A stretch of DNA of 64,000 bases from Occultella glacieicola (GTDB taxonomy: Bacteria; Actinomycetota; Actinomycetes; Actinomycetales; Beutenbergiaceae), in the NCBI RefSeq assembly GCF_004353825.1, contig NZ_SMNA01000003.1:1-64000 (forward strand). The letters run 5' to 3'. Positions 9,350 through 19,074 of the stretch are shown here, piece by piece (positions within the stretch are counted from its first letter, which is position 1; each line of letters starts with the position of its first letter). A program made the position numbers and the translations under genes. The notes beneath the pieces are model-generated. The model had not been told where the DNA came from and made no database searches. It worked only from the letters and a program-made list of their open reading frames with translations.

Positions 9350-9392
9350 GGCCCGAGACTATCGGCCCGGCCCGCCCGGACGCTCCACTCGG

Positions 9393-9420
9393 GAGTGTCG
9401 AGGGTGGCCCCTCGACACTC
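9393..9420. terminator. 12-bp hairpin downstream of the surface-protein gene
   Basis: GAGTGTCGAGGG / CCCTCGACACTC perfect inverted repeat. Confidence 0.55.
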
Positions 9421-9432
9421 TCGGCGGCGGGC

Positions 9433-12400
9433 CTATGCGCGATTGATCAGCAGGCGGCGCGCACGTACGAGCATCAGCCCGACCAGGATCGCGCCGGCCG
9501 ACACCAGCAGCGTCCACGGGTGCCCTCCGCTGCCGGTCGCGGGCAGGTCACCGGCGGTGGGCCGATCGGCGGCCGCGACGTTCGCCAGGGTCAGGTCGAC
9601 GATCGCGCCACCGGTCAGCGGGACGGTGACCCACCCCTGCTCGTCGGCGGTGAGCGTGGTGCCCGCAACGCTCCACACGGGTGATTGCCACTGGAGGCCC
9701 TCGATCGCCGGCGGAACGGTCTCGCGGACCTGGACGAGGGCGCCGGGCTCCAGCCCGTCCACGAGGCAGGGATCCCCGGGCGCCACGGAGCACTCGATGG
9801 CGTCGCCCCCGTCGATCCGGTACTCCACGCCATAGAGCAGACCCGGTGGCACGCTGCCCGCGGCCGGTCCGGTCACGGCCTTCGCCACGGCGAATCCAGC
9901 CGAGGTGCCGTTGGTCATGGCGTTCGTGAGCTGGAGTTCGATCGGGCGCTCCCGGGTCGAGGAGACCGGTAGCACCGTGCGGCCGTTGTCCTCGATGGAC
10001 AGTCGCTGCCCGTCGAGCGTCCATACGGGCGTGGCCCAGGTGACACCCGCGATCTCCGGTGGCACCGCCTCCGTGGCTTCGATGATCGACCCGACCACGA
10101 ATCGGTCGGATGAGACGGTCTCACCCGCGGCCAGCGCCAGCGGGGGCTGGGGTTCGCCGTCGAGCCACCAGTCGACGGTGAAGACCGCGTCATCGGGCAA
10201 CGACTGCGCCTCGCCGACGACGACCTTCGTCAGCGCGATCTGCGCGTGCTCCACGGCCGTGTTGGTCACCGTGATGGTCGCTGGTTCCACCGGGTCGGCG
10301 ATCCGCAGCGTGCGGGACGGGGTCCACACGGGTTGAGCCCAGACGTAGTGCTCGGGCAGCGCCTCGTCCGGGGGAATCGATTCGGCGAGCAGGATGTGGG
10401 TGCCCAGCGGGAACTGCACCGGCGCACCCTGGGCATCGACTGGACCGGCGGCGGTGCCGTCCACGGGCAGGTCGAAGGACCCGGTCCGGACTCCTCCTCC
10501 GGGCGGTACGGCGAGGAAGTTCACGGTGAAGCTGGTGGCTGTCAGCTCGGCCGCATCGATCCCGACGAGGTCCTTCGCGACCAGGAAGGTGCCGGTCACC
10601 TGGATGGCCGTGTTGGTCACCGTTGCCGCCACGGAGGTCGCGCCACCGACGCCGATGATCAGCGGATCGGGGGCGACGGACCCTGGTCCCCACACGACCC
10701 CGCGGAATTGCGGCGGGGTTTCCTCCTGGAACGTCACCGTCGTGCCGAACGGGAACTGGAGAGCCACACCGTCCACGTCGACGGGAGAGACCGCAGTACC
10801 GTCCGCGGGCAGCCGCAGCGTCCCGGTCACGACATCGCCCAAAGGCGTGGTGGCCGTCCAGGACACGGTGAACTCGGTCCCCGGTGGGAGATCGTCCGGC
10901 TCGATCCCGGTGAGGTCCTTGGCGACCGTGAACGTGCCGGTTCGCTGCACGTTGACCACGGAGATCTCGACCGTGCCGCCGTCCTCGGGCATCGGGATCG
11001 ACGCGATCGCGTCCTCGAGCGGCACGGCGCCCTCGAATCCGGCCGTCGGATAGTCGGTGGTGCCCTCGGCGGTCGTGACCCGGAACACCGGAGCCTCCCA
11101 CTGCGCGACATCCACGGGCTGGGAGTCGAACAGGGGCACCGGTTCGGCCAACTCGAGCGTGTTGGCACCCGTCTCGAGGTCGGACAGCGTGATCGGCTCA
11201 CCGACGGCGATCGGCCGGGTCCGGCGGGCCTGCTCGCCCGGCGACGGGGGGTCGATGTTGTAGCTGATCGAGTACTCGTACCTCGGATCGGCGGCCTCGC
11301 CGCCGGCCTCCTTCAGCACCGTGACGGTGCTCGTTCCCGCCGGTGCGAGCACATTGGTCAGCGTCACCTCCACCGGCGTGGTCGCGTCCGTGATCCGGAT
11401 GACCTGTCCGGGGCTCCAGCCGGAAGCCACCCACTCGTAACCCGGTGGCGTGGTCACGGTGGAGAGGTCCTCGACGAGCGTGACGACCGTGCCGATCGGG
11501 AAGTCGCCGGGCGGGGAGACGGCGGTGCCGTCGAGGGGGACCGAGAGCAGCCCTGATCCGGACTCCGCGCCACGGTGGAGCGCCGTCCAGGCGACGGTCA
11601 CGGTGCCGGCGAGGGCCGGGCTCGAGCCGTCGGCGATGGTCACCACCTTGCGCACGGAGAAGGTCCCCTGGTTCGCGGTGGCGATGTTCTCGACGGTGAC
11701 GTCGACCGTCTCACCCGCGGTGATCGTGAGCGGGTTCGGGGTGATGGTCGTGGTGCCCCAGGAGTAGCCCGGGACCGTCGGTGGAGTGACCTCGGTGAAC
11801 GATACGACGGTGCCCTCGACGAACCGTTCGCCGGGATCCACCCACTCGCCGGATGCGGGGAGCTCCAACGACCCCACCGACACGTCTCCGTCCGGGTCCG
11901 TCGCGGTGTAGTTCACCGTGAACGCCAGGTCCGCCACCGCGGGGTCGGCCGGGTCGAGTCCCGGTGTGGTCTTGCGGAGCCGGAACGAGCCGGTGTCGCT
12001 GGTGCACGCGATCTCACCGGCGAACATGAAGGAGTGCACCTCGCCACCGAGCGTCGACACGGTGCGCCCGATGATCTGTCCGTCGAGTGGCGCCGCGGTC
12101 ACGGTGACGTCGGCCTCGGGTGCGTAGATGGAGCCGTCGATCCGTCCCTGCGCGGCCGTGACGTCCACGGGACCGCTGAGTGCGGACAGGTCCCAGAGGA
12201 TGTAGGGCGAGAACGCACCCTGTGGGTCCGTATGAGCCCCGATCACCTCATCGGTCCCGGTCGGGACACGGATGATGAGGGGGTTGGCCACACCGGGCTC
12301 CGGCCCGGGTGAGAACTGGATGAGCGCGGTACCGGCGATGTCGGCGTAGTCGACCACGTTCGGCCGGTCCGGACTGAGGGGTGCGAGGACGACCCGGTCA

Positions 12401-13125
12401 CCGAAGTCCTGCGCGACCGCGACCTGGTACCCGGTCTCCTGCAGCGGGTCGGCGACGTCCGCGAGGCACTGGGCCGACTCGGTCCAGGACGCCTCGCGGT
12501 TCGCCTCGACGTAGGACGTCACCGCGTCCGCGGAGGTGTCGGCGGTGTAGATGCTGCCCGCTCCGGTCGCCCCTTGAGGTGGCGCGGCGTCCGCCGGGTA
12601 CTGCTGGTGGGTTGCGTCCATCAGCGGGGTCTGGTCGGGATTCTGCGGGTTCGTGTTCAGCCGCAGCCAGTCCGCCCGCGAGAACGGCTGGAACGGACCG
12701 CCCCGTTCGACCATCTTCAGGTCGCCCAGCAGCGAGGGGTCCGAGGTTCCCGCGCTCGTGATCGCCGTGATGCCGCCGCTTTCCGTCGAGAAGGACCCGA
12801 TCAGCAACCTGGTCGGGTCCCCGTCCACGGTGGGGAGCGTGTACGCGCCGGTCCCGGCCACCACATGTACGAGGCTGAACTGCCCGTCACCGGGCTTGGT
12901 CAGTTCACCACCGACCGCGACGCTCCCCTCGGTCTCGGTGTTGCCGAGGGTGGCGTCCTCCCGGGCATAGATCGTGAAGCCGCCGCCGATCGCGAACGGG
13001 TTGAACGTCTCGGGGTAGGCGGCGACCGCCGTCGGTGCGGTCCCGGTCTCGAGCGCGACGGCGCCCGAAGCGGCCAGCACGGCCGCGATCAAGGCGGCGC
13101 CGAGGCGGCGGCGAGTATCAGGCAT
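9433..13125 (-). CDS. Sortase-anchored surface protein (choice-of-anchor A-like N-terminus plus DUF5979-like Ig repeats)
   Basis: Signal peptide, EGSVAVGG motif, about seven G.F.V.K...V.N repeats, LPATG + TM + RARR tail. Confidence 0.85.
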   Translation of the reverse strand: MPDTRRRLGAALIAAVLAASGAVALETGTAPTAVAAYPETFNPFAIGGGFTIYAREDATLGNTETEGSVAVGGELTKPGDGQFSLVHVVAGTGAYTLPTVDGDPTRLLIGSFSTESGGITAITSAGTSDPSLLGDLKMVERGGPFQPFSRADWLRLNTNPQNPDQTPLMDATHQQYPADAAPPQGATGAGSIYTADTSADAVTSYVEANREASWTESAQCLADVADPLQETGYQVAVAQDFGDRVVLAPLSPDRPNVVDYADIAGTALIQFSPGPEPGVANPLIIRVPTGTDEVIGAHTDPQGAFSPYILWDLSALSGPVDVTAAQGRIDGSIYAPEADVTVTAAPLDGQIIGRTVSTLGGEVHSFMFAGEIACTSDTGSFRLRKTTPGLDPADPAVADLAFTVNYTATDPDGDVSVGSLELPASGEWVDPGERFVEGTVVSFTEVTPPTVPGYSWGTTTITPNPLTITAGETVDVTVENIATANQGTFSVRKVVTIADGSSPALAGTVTVAWTALHRGAESGSGLLSVPLDGTAVSPPGDFPIGTVVTLVEDLSTVTTPPGYEWVASGWSPGQVIRITDATTPVEVTLTNVLAPAGTSTVTVLKEAGGEAADPRYEYSISYNIDPPSPGEQARRTRPIAVGEPITLSDLETGANTLELAEPVPLFDSQPVDVAQWEAPVFRVTTAEGTTDYPTAGFEGAVPLEDAIASIPMPEDGGTVEISVVNVQRTGTFTVAKDLTGIEPDDLPPGTEFTVSWTATTPLGDVVTGTLRLPADGTAVSPVDVDGVALQFPFGTTVTFQEETPPQFRGVVWGPGSVAPDPLIIGVGGATSVAATVTNTAIQVTGTFLVAKDLVGIDAAELTATSFTVNFLAVPPGGGVRTGSFDLPVDGTAAGPVDAQGAPVQFPLGTHILLAESIPPDEALPEHYVWAQPVWTPSRTLRIADPVEPATITVTNTAVEHAQIALTKVVVGEAQSLPDDAVFTVDWWLDGEPQPPLALAAGETVSSDRFVVGSIIEATEAVPPEIAGVTWATPVWTLDGQRLSIEDNGRTVLPVSSTRERPIELQLTNAMTNGTSAGFAVAKAVTGPAAGSVPPGLLYGVEYRIDGGDAIECSVAPGDPCLVDGLEPGALVQVRETVPPAIEGLQWQSPVWSVAGTTLTADEQGWVTVPLTGGAIVDLTLANVAAADRPTAGDLPATGSGGHPWTLLVSAGAILVGLMLVRARRLLINRA

Positions 13126-13220
13126 GTTCTCCCCAGACGATGTCGCCGCCAGTCAAGCACCCACGTCAAGCGGGCGCGGTCCGCCACCCATCCGCACCCG
13201 CGCCGACGGAGCAGGACGGA

Positions 13221-14306
13221 TCAGCGCTCCCGGCGCCCCGCGGCCTGCGCCGTCGAGCGCCGCACCTGGAGTTCCACCGGCAGCACGCGAAGCAGGGCTC
13301 CCGGCCCGTCCTCGGGACGTGCGGCCGGCGTCCCGGCGAGCAGCAGGTCGACGGCGGCCGCGCCCATCCGTTGCGCGGGCACCACGACCGTGGTCAGGGC
13401 GGGAGCGAGCAGCCGCGCCACCGGTACGTCGTCGAAGCCGACCACGCTCATCGCCTCCGGCACCGCGACGCCCCGTTCGGCGAGCCGGCCGAGCAGCCCG
13501 AGGGCGAGCTGGTCGTTGAACGCCAGGACCGCGCTCACCCGTTCGGAGATGGCCAGGTCCGCGGCCGCCAGTCCCCCGGCCGGACCCGGTCGAAACGCGC
13601 CGAGGTCCACGATGGTGACGCCGCGGCCCTGGTCGTGCGCGGCGTCCACGGCGGCGGTCAGGCCGGCGCGTCGTTCGGCGTCCGACCACGAGGTCACCGG
13701 TCCACCGGCGTAGCCGATCCGAGTGTGCCCGAGCGCAAGCAGGTGGCCGAGCGCCTGCCGGATGCCGTCGGCGTTGTCGCCGGTCACCGCCGGAACGCCG
13801 GCCAGGGACCGGTTGATCAGCACCACCCGGCTACGCGCGGCGAGGGCGAGCAGGTCGGTGTCGGCCGCGCGCGGGGAGGCCAGGATCAGCCGGTCCACGT
13901 CCGTGGCCAGTTGGGCGAGCACCTCCCGCTCCCGGGCGACGTCCTCGTCGGTGTCGGCGATGATCGCGGTCAGGCCGGCGGCCCGGACCCGGTTCTGCAT
14001 GCCCTTGGCGACCGAGGAGTAGAACGGGTTCTCCAGGTCCGGGATCACCAGCCCGACGGACTGGCCCCGGCCGGTGACGAGCTGACGGGCCGCCCGGTTC
14101 GGCTCGTACCCGAGTGCCGCGGCGGCCCGGCGGACCCGGCCGGCGGTGGCCGGGGCAACCGTGGCGGAGCCGGCGAGCGCCCGCGAGACTGTCGCGATGG
14201 AGACCCCGGCCTCCCGCGCGACGTCGTGGATCGTCACCACACCCTCGGGCACCCGCTCCACCCCCTCCCGGTCGCGGACTCGGGAACCCGATCGGGCGCC
14301 CGACAT
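13221..14306 (-). CDS. LacI-family transcriptional regulator (true start may be GTG ~14240)
   Basis: VTIHDVAREAGVSIATVSRAL, YEPNRAARQL, SVVGFDD, LTTV. Confidence 0.93.
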   Translation of the reverse strand: MSGARSGSRVRDREGVERVPEGVVTIHDVAREAGVSIATVSRALAGSATVAPATAGRVRRAAAALGYEPNRAARQLVTGRGQSVGLVIPDLENPFYSSVAKGMQNRVRAAGLTAIIADTDEDVAREREVLAQLATDVDRLILASPRAADTDLLALAARSRVVLINRSLAGVPAVTGDNADGIRQALGHLLALGHTRIGYAGGPVTSWSDAERRAGLTAAVDAAHDQGRGVTIVDLGAFRPGPAGGLAAADLAISERVSAVLAFNDQLALGLLGRLAERGVAVPEAMSVVGFDDVPVARLLAPALTTVVVPAQRMGAAAVDLLLAGTPAARPEDGPGALLRVLPVELQVRRSTAQAAGRRER

Positions 14307-14310
14307 CGCT

Positions 14311-14392
14311 TCACAAACGTTTACATCGGCTCTTGTCCGCCCATCCTTACCGTGCTAGCGTCACCAGTCAAGAGCGTTCTGAAAACGTTTAG
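14311..14392. promoter_or_regulatory. LacI-type operators in divergent promoter region
   Basis: Palindrome AAACGTTT at 14315-14322 and 14383-14390, near-palindrome AGAGCGTTCT at 14371-14380. Confidence 0.65.
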
Positions 14393-14425
14393 ATTCCCTC
14401 TCCCGATCCCCTGGAGGCGTCTGCC

Positions 14426-15052
14426 ATGTCCGAACTTCTCGACCAGATCGGCGCCGCACGGCTCGTGCCGGTCGTCGTCCTTGACGACGCCAAGGACGCC
14501 GCCCCGCTCGCGCGGGCGCTGACCGCCGGCGGCCTCCCGGTGGCCGAGGTGACGTTCCGCACCGACGCCGCCGTGGAGTCGATCAGGGCGATGTCCGCCA
14601 TCGACGGGATGCTCGTCGGGGCCGGCACCGTGCTCACCCCCGAGCAGGTCGACGCCGCCGTGGACGCCGGCGCCAGTTATATCGTCTCCCCCGGCCTGTC
14701 CGTGGCCGTGGTCCGCCGCGCGAGGGAGCGGGGCGTGCTCGCGCTGCCCGGCGCGGTCACCGCGACCGAGGTGCAGGCCGCGCTCGCCGAGGGCCTGGAG
14801 GCCGTCAAGTTCTTCCCGGCCGAGACTTCCGGCGGCGCCGCCGCGATCAAGGCGCTGTCCGCCCCGTTCGCGGGACTGAGGTTCGTGCCCACCGGCGGCA
14901 TCGGCCCGAAGAACGTCGCCGAGTACACGGCCGTCTCGGCGGTGCTGGCCATCGGCGGCAGCTGGATGGTCCCCCGGGACAAGGTCGCCGCCGGCGACTT
15001 CGACGCGATCACCACCCTCACCGCCGAGGCCGTCGCCCTCGTGCGCGGCTGA
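14426..15052 (+). CDS. eda: KDPG/KHG aldolase
   Basis: EVTFRT, VGAGTV, YIVSPG, KFFPAE..GG, PTGGI; GGAGG RBS. Confidence 0.93.
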   Translation: MSELLDQIGAARLVPVVVLDDAKDAAPLARALTAGGLPVAEVTFRTDAAVESIRAMSAIDGMLVGAGTVLTPEQVDAAVDAGASYIVSPGLSVAVVRRARERGVLALPGAVTATEVQAALAEGLEAVKFFPAETSGGAAAIKALSAPFAGLRFVPTGGIGPKNVAEYTAVSAVLAIGGSWMVPRDKVAAGDFDAITTLTAEAVALVRG

Positions 15053-15101
15053 CCACCCCGAACACCACACCCCGAGCACCCGTCCACGGAGGACACCCGA
15101 C

Positions 15102-16202
15102 ATGAGCCTGAGCATCCGCCCCGCCGCCGACTGCCGCTACGACATCGTCTCCCTCGGTGAGGTGATGCTGCGCCTCGACCCGGGCGAGGGTCGCATCCGC
15201 ACCACCCGCCAGTTCCGCGTCTGGGAGGGCGGCGGCGAGTACAACGTCGCCCGGGGCCTGCGACGCGCATTCGGGCAGCGCGCCGCCGTCGTCACGGCCC
15301 TCGCCGAGAACGAGGTGGGCCGCCTCGTGGAGGACTTCATCCTGCAGGGCGGCGTCGACACCCAGTTCATCCGGTGGGTTCCCTACGACGGCATCGGCCG
15401 CGAGGTCCGCAACGGCCTGAACTTCACCGAGCGCGGCTTCGGCGTGCGCGGCGCCGTCGGGGTCTCCGACCGCGGCAACACCGCCACCAGCCAGCTGGGG
15501 CTCGGCGACATCGACTGGGACCACCTCTTCGGTGACCTCGGCGTCCGCTGGCTGCACACCGGCGGGATCTTCGCCGCCCTGAGCGAGTCCACGGCCGAGG
15601 TGGTCGTCGAGGCCGTCACCGCCGCCAAGAAGCACGGCACGGTCGTCTCCTACGACCTCAACTACCGCCCGAGCCTGTGGAAGTCCATCGGCGGCCAGGC
15701 GAAGGCCCAGGAGGTCAACAAGGCGATCGCCCCGTACATCGACGTGATGATCGGGAACGAGGAGGACTTCACCGCCTCCCTCGGCTTCGAGGTCGAGGGC
15801 GTCGATGACAACCTCTCCGACCTGGACATCTCGAAGTTCCAGTCGATGATCTCCACGGCCTCGGCTGCGTACCCGAACTTCGAGGTCATCGGGAACACAC
15901 TGCGCACGGTGCACACCGCCTCGGACAACGACTGGGGCGCGATCGCGTGGAGCAAGGACTCCGGCTTCGCCCAGGCCACCCACCGCCCGCACCTGGAGAT
16001 CCTCGACCGCGTCGGCGGCGGGGACTCCTTCGCCTCCGGCCTGATCTTCGGCCTGCTCGAGGGCGAGCCGCTGAGCACGGCCGTCGAGTACGGCGCCGCC
16101 CACGGGGCGCTGGCCATGACGACGCCCGGCGACACCACCATGGTCACCAAGGCCGAGGTGCTCAAGCTCGCCGGCGGCGGGAGCGCGCGCGTCGACCGCT
16201 GA
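15102..16202 (+). CDS. kdgK: PfkB-family sugar kinase, 2-keto-3-deoxygluconate kinase-like
   Basis: LGEVMLRL, GGGEYNVA, DLNYRPSLW, DRVGGGDSF. Confidence 0.85.
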   Translation: MSLSIRPAADCRYDIVSLGEVMLRLDPGEGRIRTTRQFRVWEGGGEYNVARGLRRAFGQRAAVVTALAENEVGRLVEDFILQGGVDTQFIRWVPYDGIGREVRNGLNFTERGFGVRGAVGVSDRGNTATSQLGLGDIDWDHLFGDLGVRWLHTGGIFAALSESTAEVVVEAVTAAKKHGTVVSYDLNYRPSLWKSIGGQAKAQEVNKAIAPYIDVMIGNEEDFTASLGFEVEGVDDNLSDLDISKFQSMISTASAAYPNFEVIGNTLRTVHTASDNDWGAIAWSKDSGFAQATHRPHLEILDRVGGGDSFASGLIFGLLEGEPLSTAVEYGAAHGALAMTTPGDTTMVTKAEVLKLAGGGSARVDR

Positions 16203-16261
16203 CGTTCCAGCACCTGACCGGGGTGCGGCCGGCATCGGATCCACCAGTACTCTCAGGATCC

Positions 16262-17263
16262 ATGCACAGCCGCACCCTGGTCACGTTCGGCGAGACGATG
16301 GGCCGCCTCGATGCCGACGGCATCGGCCTGCTCGACGGCGTCCGTCCCCTCTCCCTGAAACTCGCCGGCGCCGAGAGCAACGTCGCGATCGCCGCCGCCC
16401 GCCTCGGTGCGGACGTCACCTGGGTCGGCCGGGTGGGGCCCGACGGCGTCGGTGACCTCATCGAGCGACGCCTTCGTGGCGAGGGGGTACGGACGCGGGC
16501 GCTGCGCGACGCCGCGTTCACCGGCCTGATGATCTCCTCGCGGCGCACCAGCGCGGGGGTGCGGGTGGACTACCACCGGGCCGGCAGCGCCGGGTCCCGG
16601 CTGCGGCCGTCGGACCTGCCCCGGGACCTGATCGCCGGCGCCGGCGTGCTGCACGTCACCGGCATCACGCCGGCCCTGAGCGCGGGCGCACGGGAGGCGA
16701 CCTTCTACGCCGTCGAGGTCGCGCGGGCCGCCGGGGTGACGGTCTCCTTGGACATCAACCATCGCGCGAAGCTGTGGTCGGCGCAGGAGGCGGCGCCGGT
16801 GCTGCGGGACCTCGTCCGCCTCGCGGACCTCGTGTTCGCGGGGCCCGAGGAGGCCCGGCTCGTCCTCCACCCGGCCACCGAGGACGACCGCACGGTGGCC
16901 CCGGAGGCCGACAACGGCGCGGACCGGGCCCGGTCGTCGCTCGCGCTGGCGCACGCCGTGGCCGCCCTCGGCCCGGCCACGGTGGTCATCAAGGACGGTC
17001 CGCGCGGCGCCGTCGCCGTCGTCGAGGGCGGCGAGCACCTCGCGCCGCCGGTGCCGGTGCAGGCCGTGGATCCCGTCGGGGCGGGCGACGCGTTCGTGGG
17101 CGGCTACCTCGCCGACCTGCTCGCGGGTGCCGACCCCGGGCAGTGCCTGACCACGGCAGCCCGCACCGGCGCCTACGCCGTCACCGTGCCCGGCGACTGC
17201 GAGCACCTTCCCTACCGGCACGAGCTGACCGCGTTCGCCGCGGCCGAGGACGTGGCCCGGTGA
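16262..17263 (+). CDS. Second PfkB-family sugar kinase
   Basis: FGETM, AGAESNVA, DINHRAKLW, DPVGAGDAF. Confidence 0.88.
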   Translation: MHSRTLVTFGETMGRLDADGIGLLDGVRPLSLKLAGAESNVAIAAARLGADVTWVGRVGPDGVGDLIERRLRGEGVRTRALRDAAFTGLMISSRRTSAGVRVDYHRAGSAGSRLRPSDLPRDLIAGAGVLHVTGITPALSAGAREATFYAVEVARAAGVTVSLDINHRAKLWSAQEAAPVLRDLVRLADLVFAGPEEARLVLHPATEDDRTVAPEADNGADRARSSLALAHAVAALGPATVVIKDGPRGAVAVVEGGEHLAPPVPVQAVDPVGAGDAFVGGYLADLLAGADPGQCLTTAARTGAYAVTVPGDCEHLPYRHELTAFAAAEDVAR

Positions 17264-17370
17264 GCCGCAACGGGTCCGCCCGAACCAGCCACGGACCCAC
17301 CGCACCCGACCACCGCACCGCCCCCCCCCCCGCCGTCGACCATCCCTGCGAACCGCCCCAGGAGCAAGCC

Positions 17371-17988
17371 GTGACCACCGAGCCGCACCCGTTCACCACG
17401 TACTTCGACGACGCCTACGCGCGGGTGCCGGTGATGGCGATCCTGCGCGGCTACTCACCGGAGCGGACCGTCGAGTTGTGCACGCGCGCCTGGGATCTGG
17501 GCCTGACGCAGGTGGAGGTCCCGATCCAGACGCCCGACGCCGTCCCCTCGCTCGAGGCGGCCGTCGCGGCAGCGCGCGAGCGGGGCACCGAGGTCGGCGC
17601 CGGGACGGTCACGACCACCGACCAGGTCGATCTCGCGCACCGGGTGGGTGCGGTGTTCACGGTGGCGCCCGGATTCGACCCGGAGGTCATCGCCCACAGC
17701 GTCGAGCGCGGGGTGCCGCACGTGCCCGGGGTGTCCACGCCGTCCGAGATCCAGCGGGCCGCCCGGCTCGGCCTGACCTGGGTGAAGGCGTTCCCCGCGT
17801 CCGTGCTCGGCCCGGCCTGGATCCGGGCGGTCCTGGCCCCGTTCCCGGGCGCCAGGATCGTGGCCACCGGAGGGATCAACGCCACGAACGCGTCCGAGTA
17901 CCTGGACGCCGGTGCACGGGTGGTCGCCCTCGGATCCGCGCTGGAGGACCCGAGCCAGCTGGACCGGGTGGCCGCGCTGCTGGCCTAG
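17371..17988 (+). CDS. Second KDPG/KHG-type aldolase
   Basis: AGGAG RBS + GTG; MAILRG, VGAGTV, PGVSTPSE, KAFPA, ATGGI. Confidence 0.85.
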   Translation: MTTEPHPFTTYFDDAYARVPVMAILRGYSPERTVELCTRAWDLGLTQVEVPIQTPDAVPSLEAAVAAARERGTEVGAGTVTTTDQVDLAHRVGAVFTVAPGFDPEVIAHSVERGVPHVPGVSTPSEIQRAARLGLTWVKAFPASVLGPAWIRAVLAPFPGARIVATGGINATNASEYLDAGARVVALGSALEDPSQLDRVAALLA

Positions 17989-18051
17989 GCGACCGGGCGG
18001 CGGACCGAGATTCGGGCCCCACGGCAGGGCCGCCGGTTCCATACTGGTGCC

Positions 18052-19065
18052 ATGGCCGCCCCGCGTGGGCTCCGACTCGACCAGCCGCCGACCATGGTGC
18101 CGACCGGCGGCCAGGTGAAGCGCGCGCTCCTGGTCGGCATCGACGCCTACGACCACAGCCCGGCACTGACCGGCTGCGTGAACGACGTCGAGGCGCTCCG
18201 CCCGCTCCTGGCCCGCAACGTCGACGACAGCCCGAACTTCGAGTGCCGCACGCTCGTCGGGCCACCGGACCGGGTCACCCGCCCGACCGTGCTCACCGCG
18301 CTCGCCGGGCTGTGCGCCCCGGGGGCGGACGTGGCCCTGTTCTACTTCGCCGGGCACGGCCGGTCCGGCGGTGAGGACGTCACCCTCGTCACGACCGAGG
18401 GCACCGAGCACGCCTGGGGCGTCGGCTTCGCGGAGGTCATGGGCCTGGTCATGGGTTCCCCGGTGCCGGAGATCCACGTGATCCTGGACTGCTGCTTCTC
18501 GGGTGCGGCGGGCGCGGTGCCGCAACTCGGCTCCGCGGCGGCGACCCTGCGCTCCGGCGTGGCGATCCTGACCGCGAGCCGACCCGATCAGGTCTCCACC
18601 GAGACCTCCGGCCGGGGACGGTTCTCGGTGATGCTGTGTGGTGGGCTGGACGGCGGCGCGGCGGACGTGCTCGGTCAGGTGACGGCCGCGGGCCTGTACG
18701 CCTACCTCACGGAGTCGTTCGGGGCGTTCGACGCGCGCCCGATGCTCAAGGCGAACATCGACCGGCTCCGCGCCATCCGGACCTGCCGGCCCTGGGTGGA
18801 CCCGGCCGAGCTGCGCCGGCTGCCGACGTTGTTCGAGACCGAGGACGCGCCGCTGCGGCTCGACCCCGGGTACGAGCCGACCTCAGGGCTCGCCATCCCG
18901 GAGAAGGAACACGACTTCGCCCTGCTCCAACGGTGCCGGGACGCTCGGCTGGTCGAACCCGTCGACGAGGAGCACCTCTACTACGTGGCCATGCACTCCG
19001 GGACCTGCCGGCTTACCCCGCTGGGGCGGCACTACTGGCGGATGGCGCGGTCCGGTCGGGTCTGA
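18052..19065 (+). CDS. Caspase-family (peptidase C14) protease with C-terminal extension
   Basis: KRALLVGID.Y, GCVNDV, catalytic FYFAGHG and ILDCCFSG; C-terminal LDP.YEP...LQ...LV.PV...H.Y..AM.S..C.LT.LG.HY. Confidence 0.9.
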   Translation: MAAPRGLRLDQPPTMVPTGGQVKRALLVGIDAYDHSPALTGCVNDVEALRPLLARNVDDSPNFECRTLVGPPDRVTRPTVLTALAGLCAPGADVALFYFAGHGRSGGEDVTLVTTEGTEHAWGVGFAEVMGLVMGSPVPEIHVILDCCFSGAAGAVPQLGSAAATLRSGVAILTASRPDQVSTETSGRGRFSVMLCGGLDGGAADVLGQVTAAGLYAYLTESFGAFDARPMLKANIDRLRAIRTCRPWVDPAELRRLPTLFETEDAPLRLDPGYEPTSGLAIPEKEHDFALLQRCRDARLVEPVDEEHLYYVAMHSGTCRLTPLGRHYWRMARSGRV

Positions 19066-19074
19066 GGGGTCACG

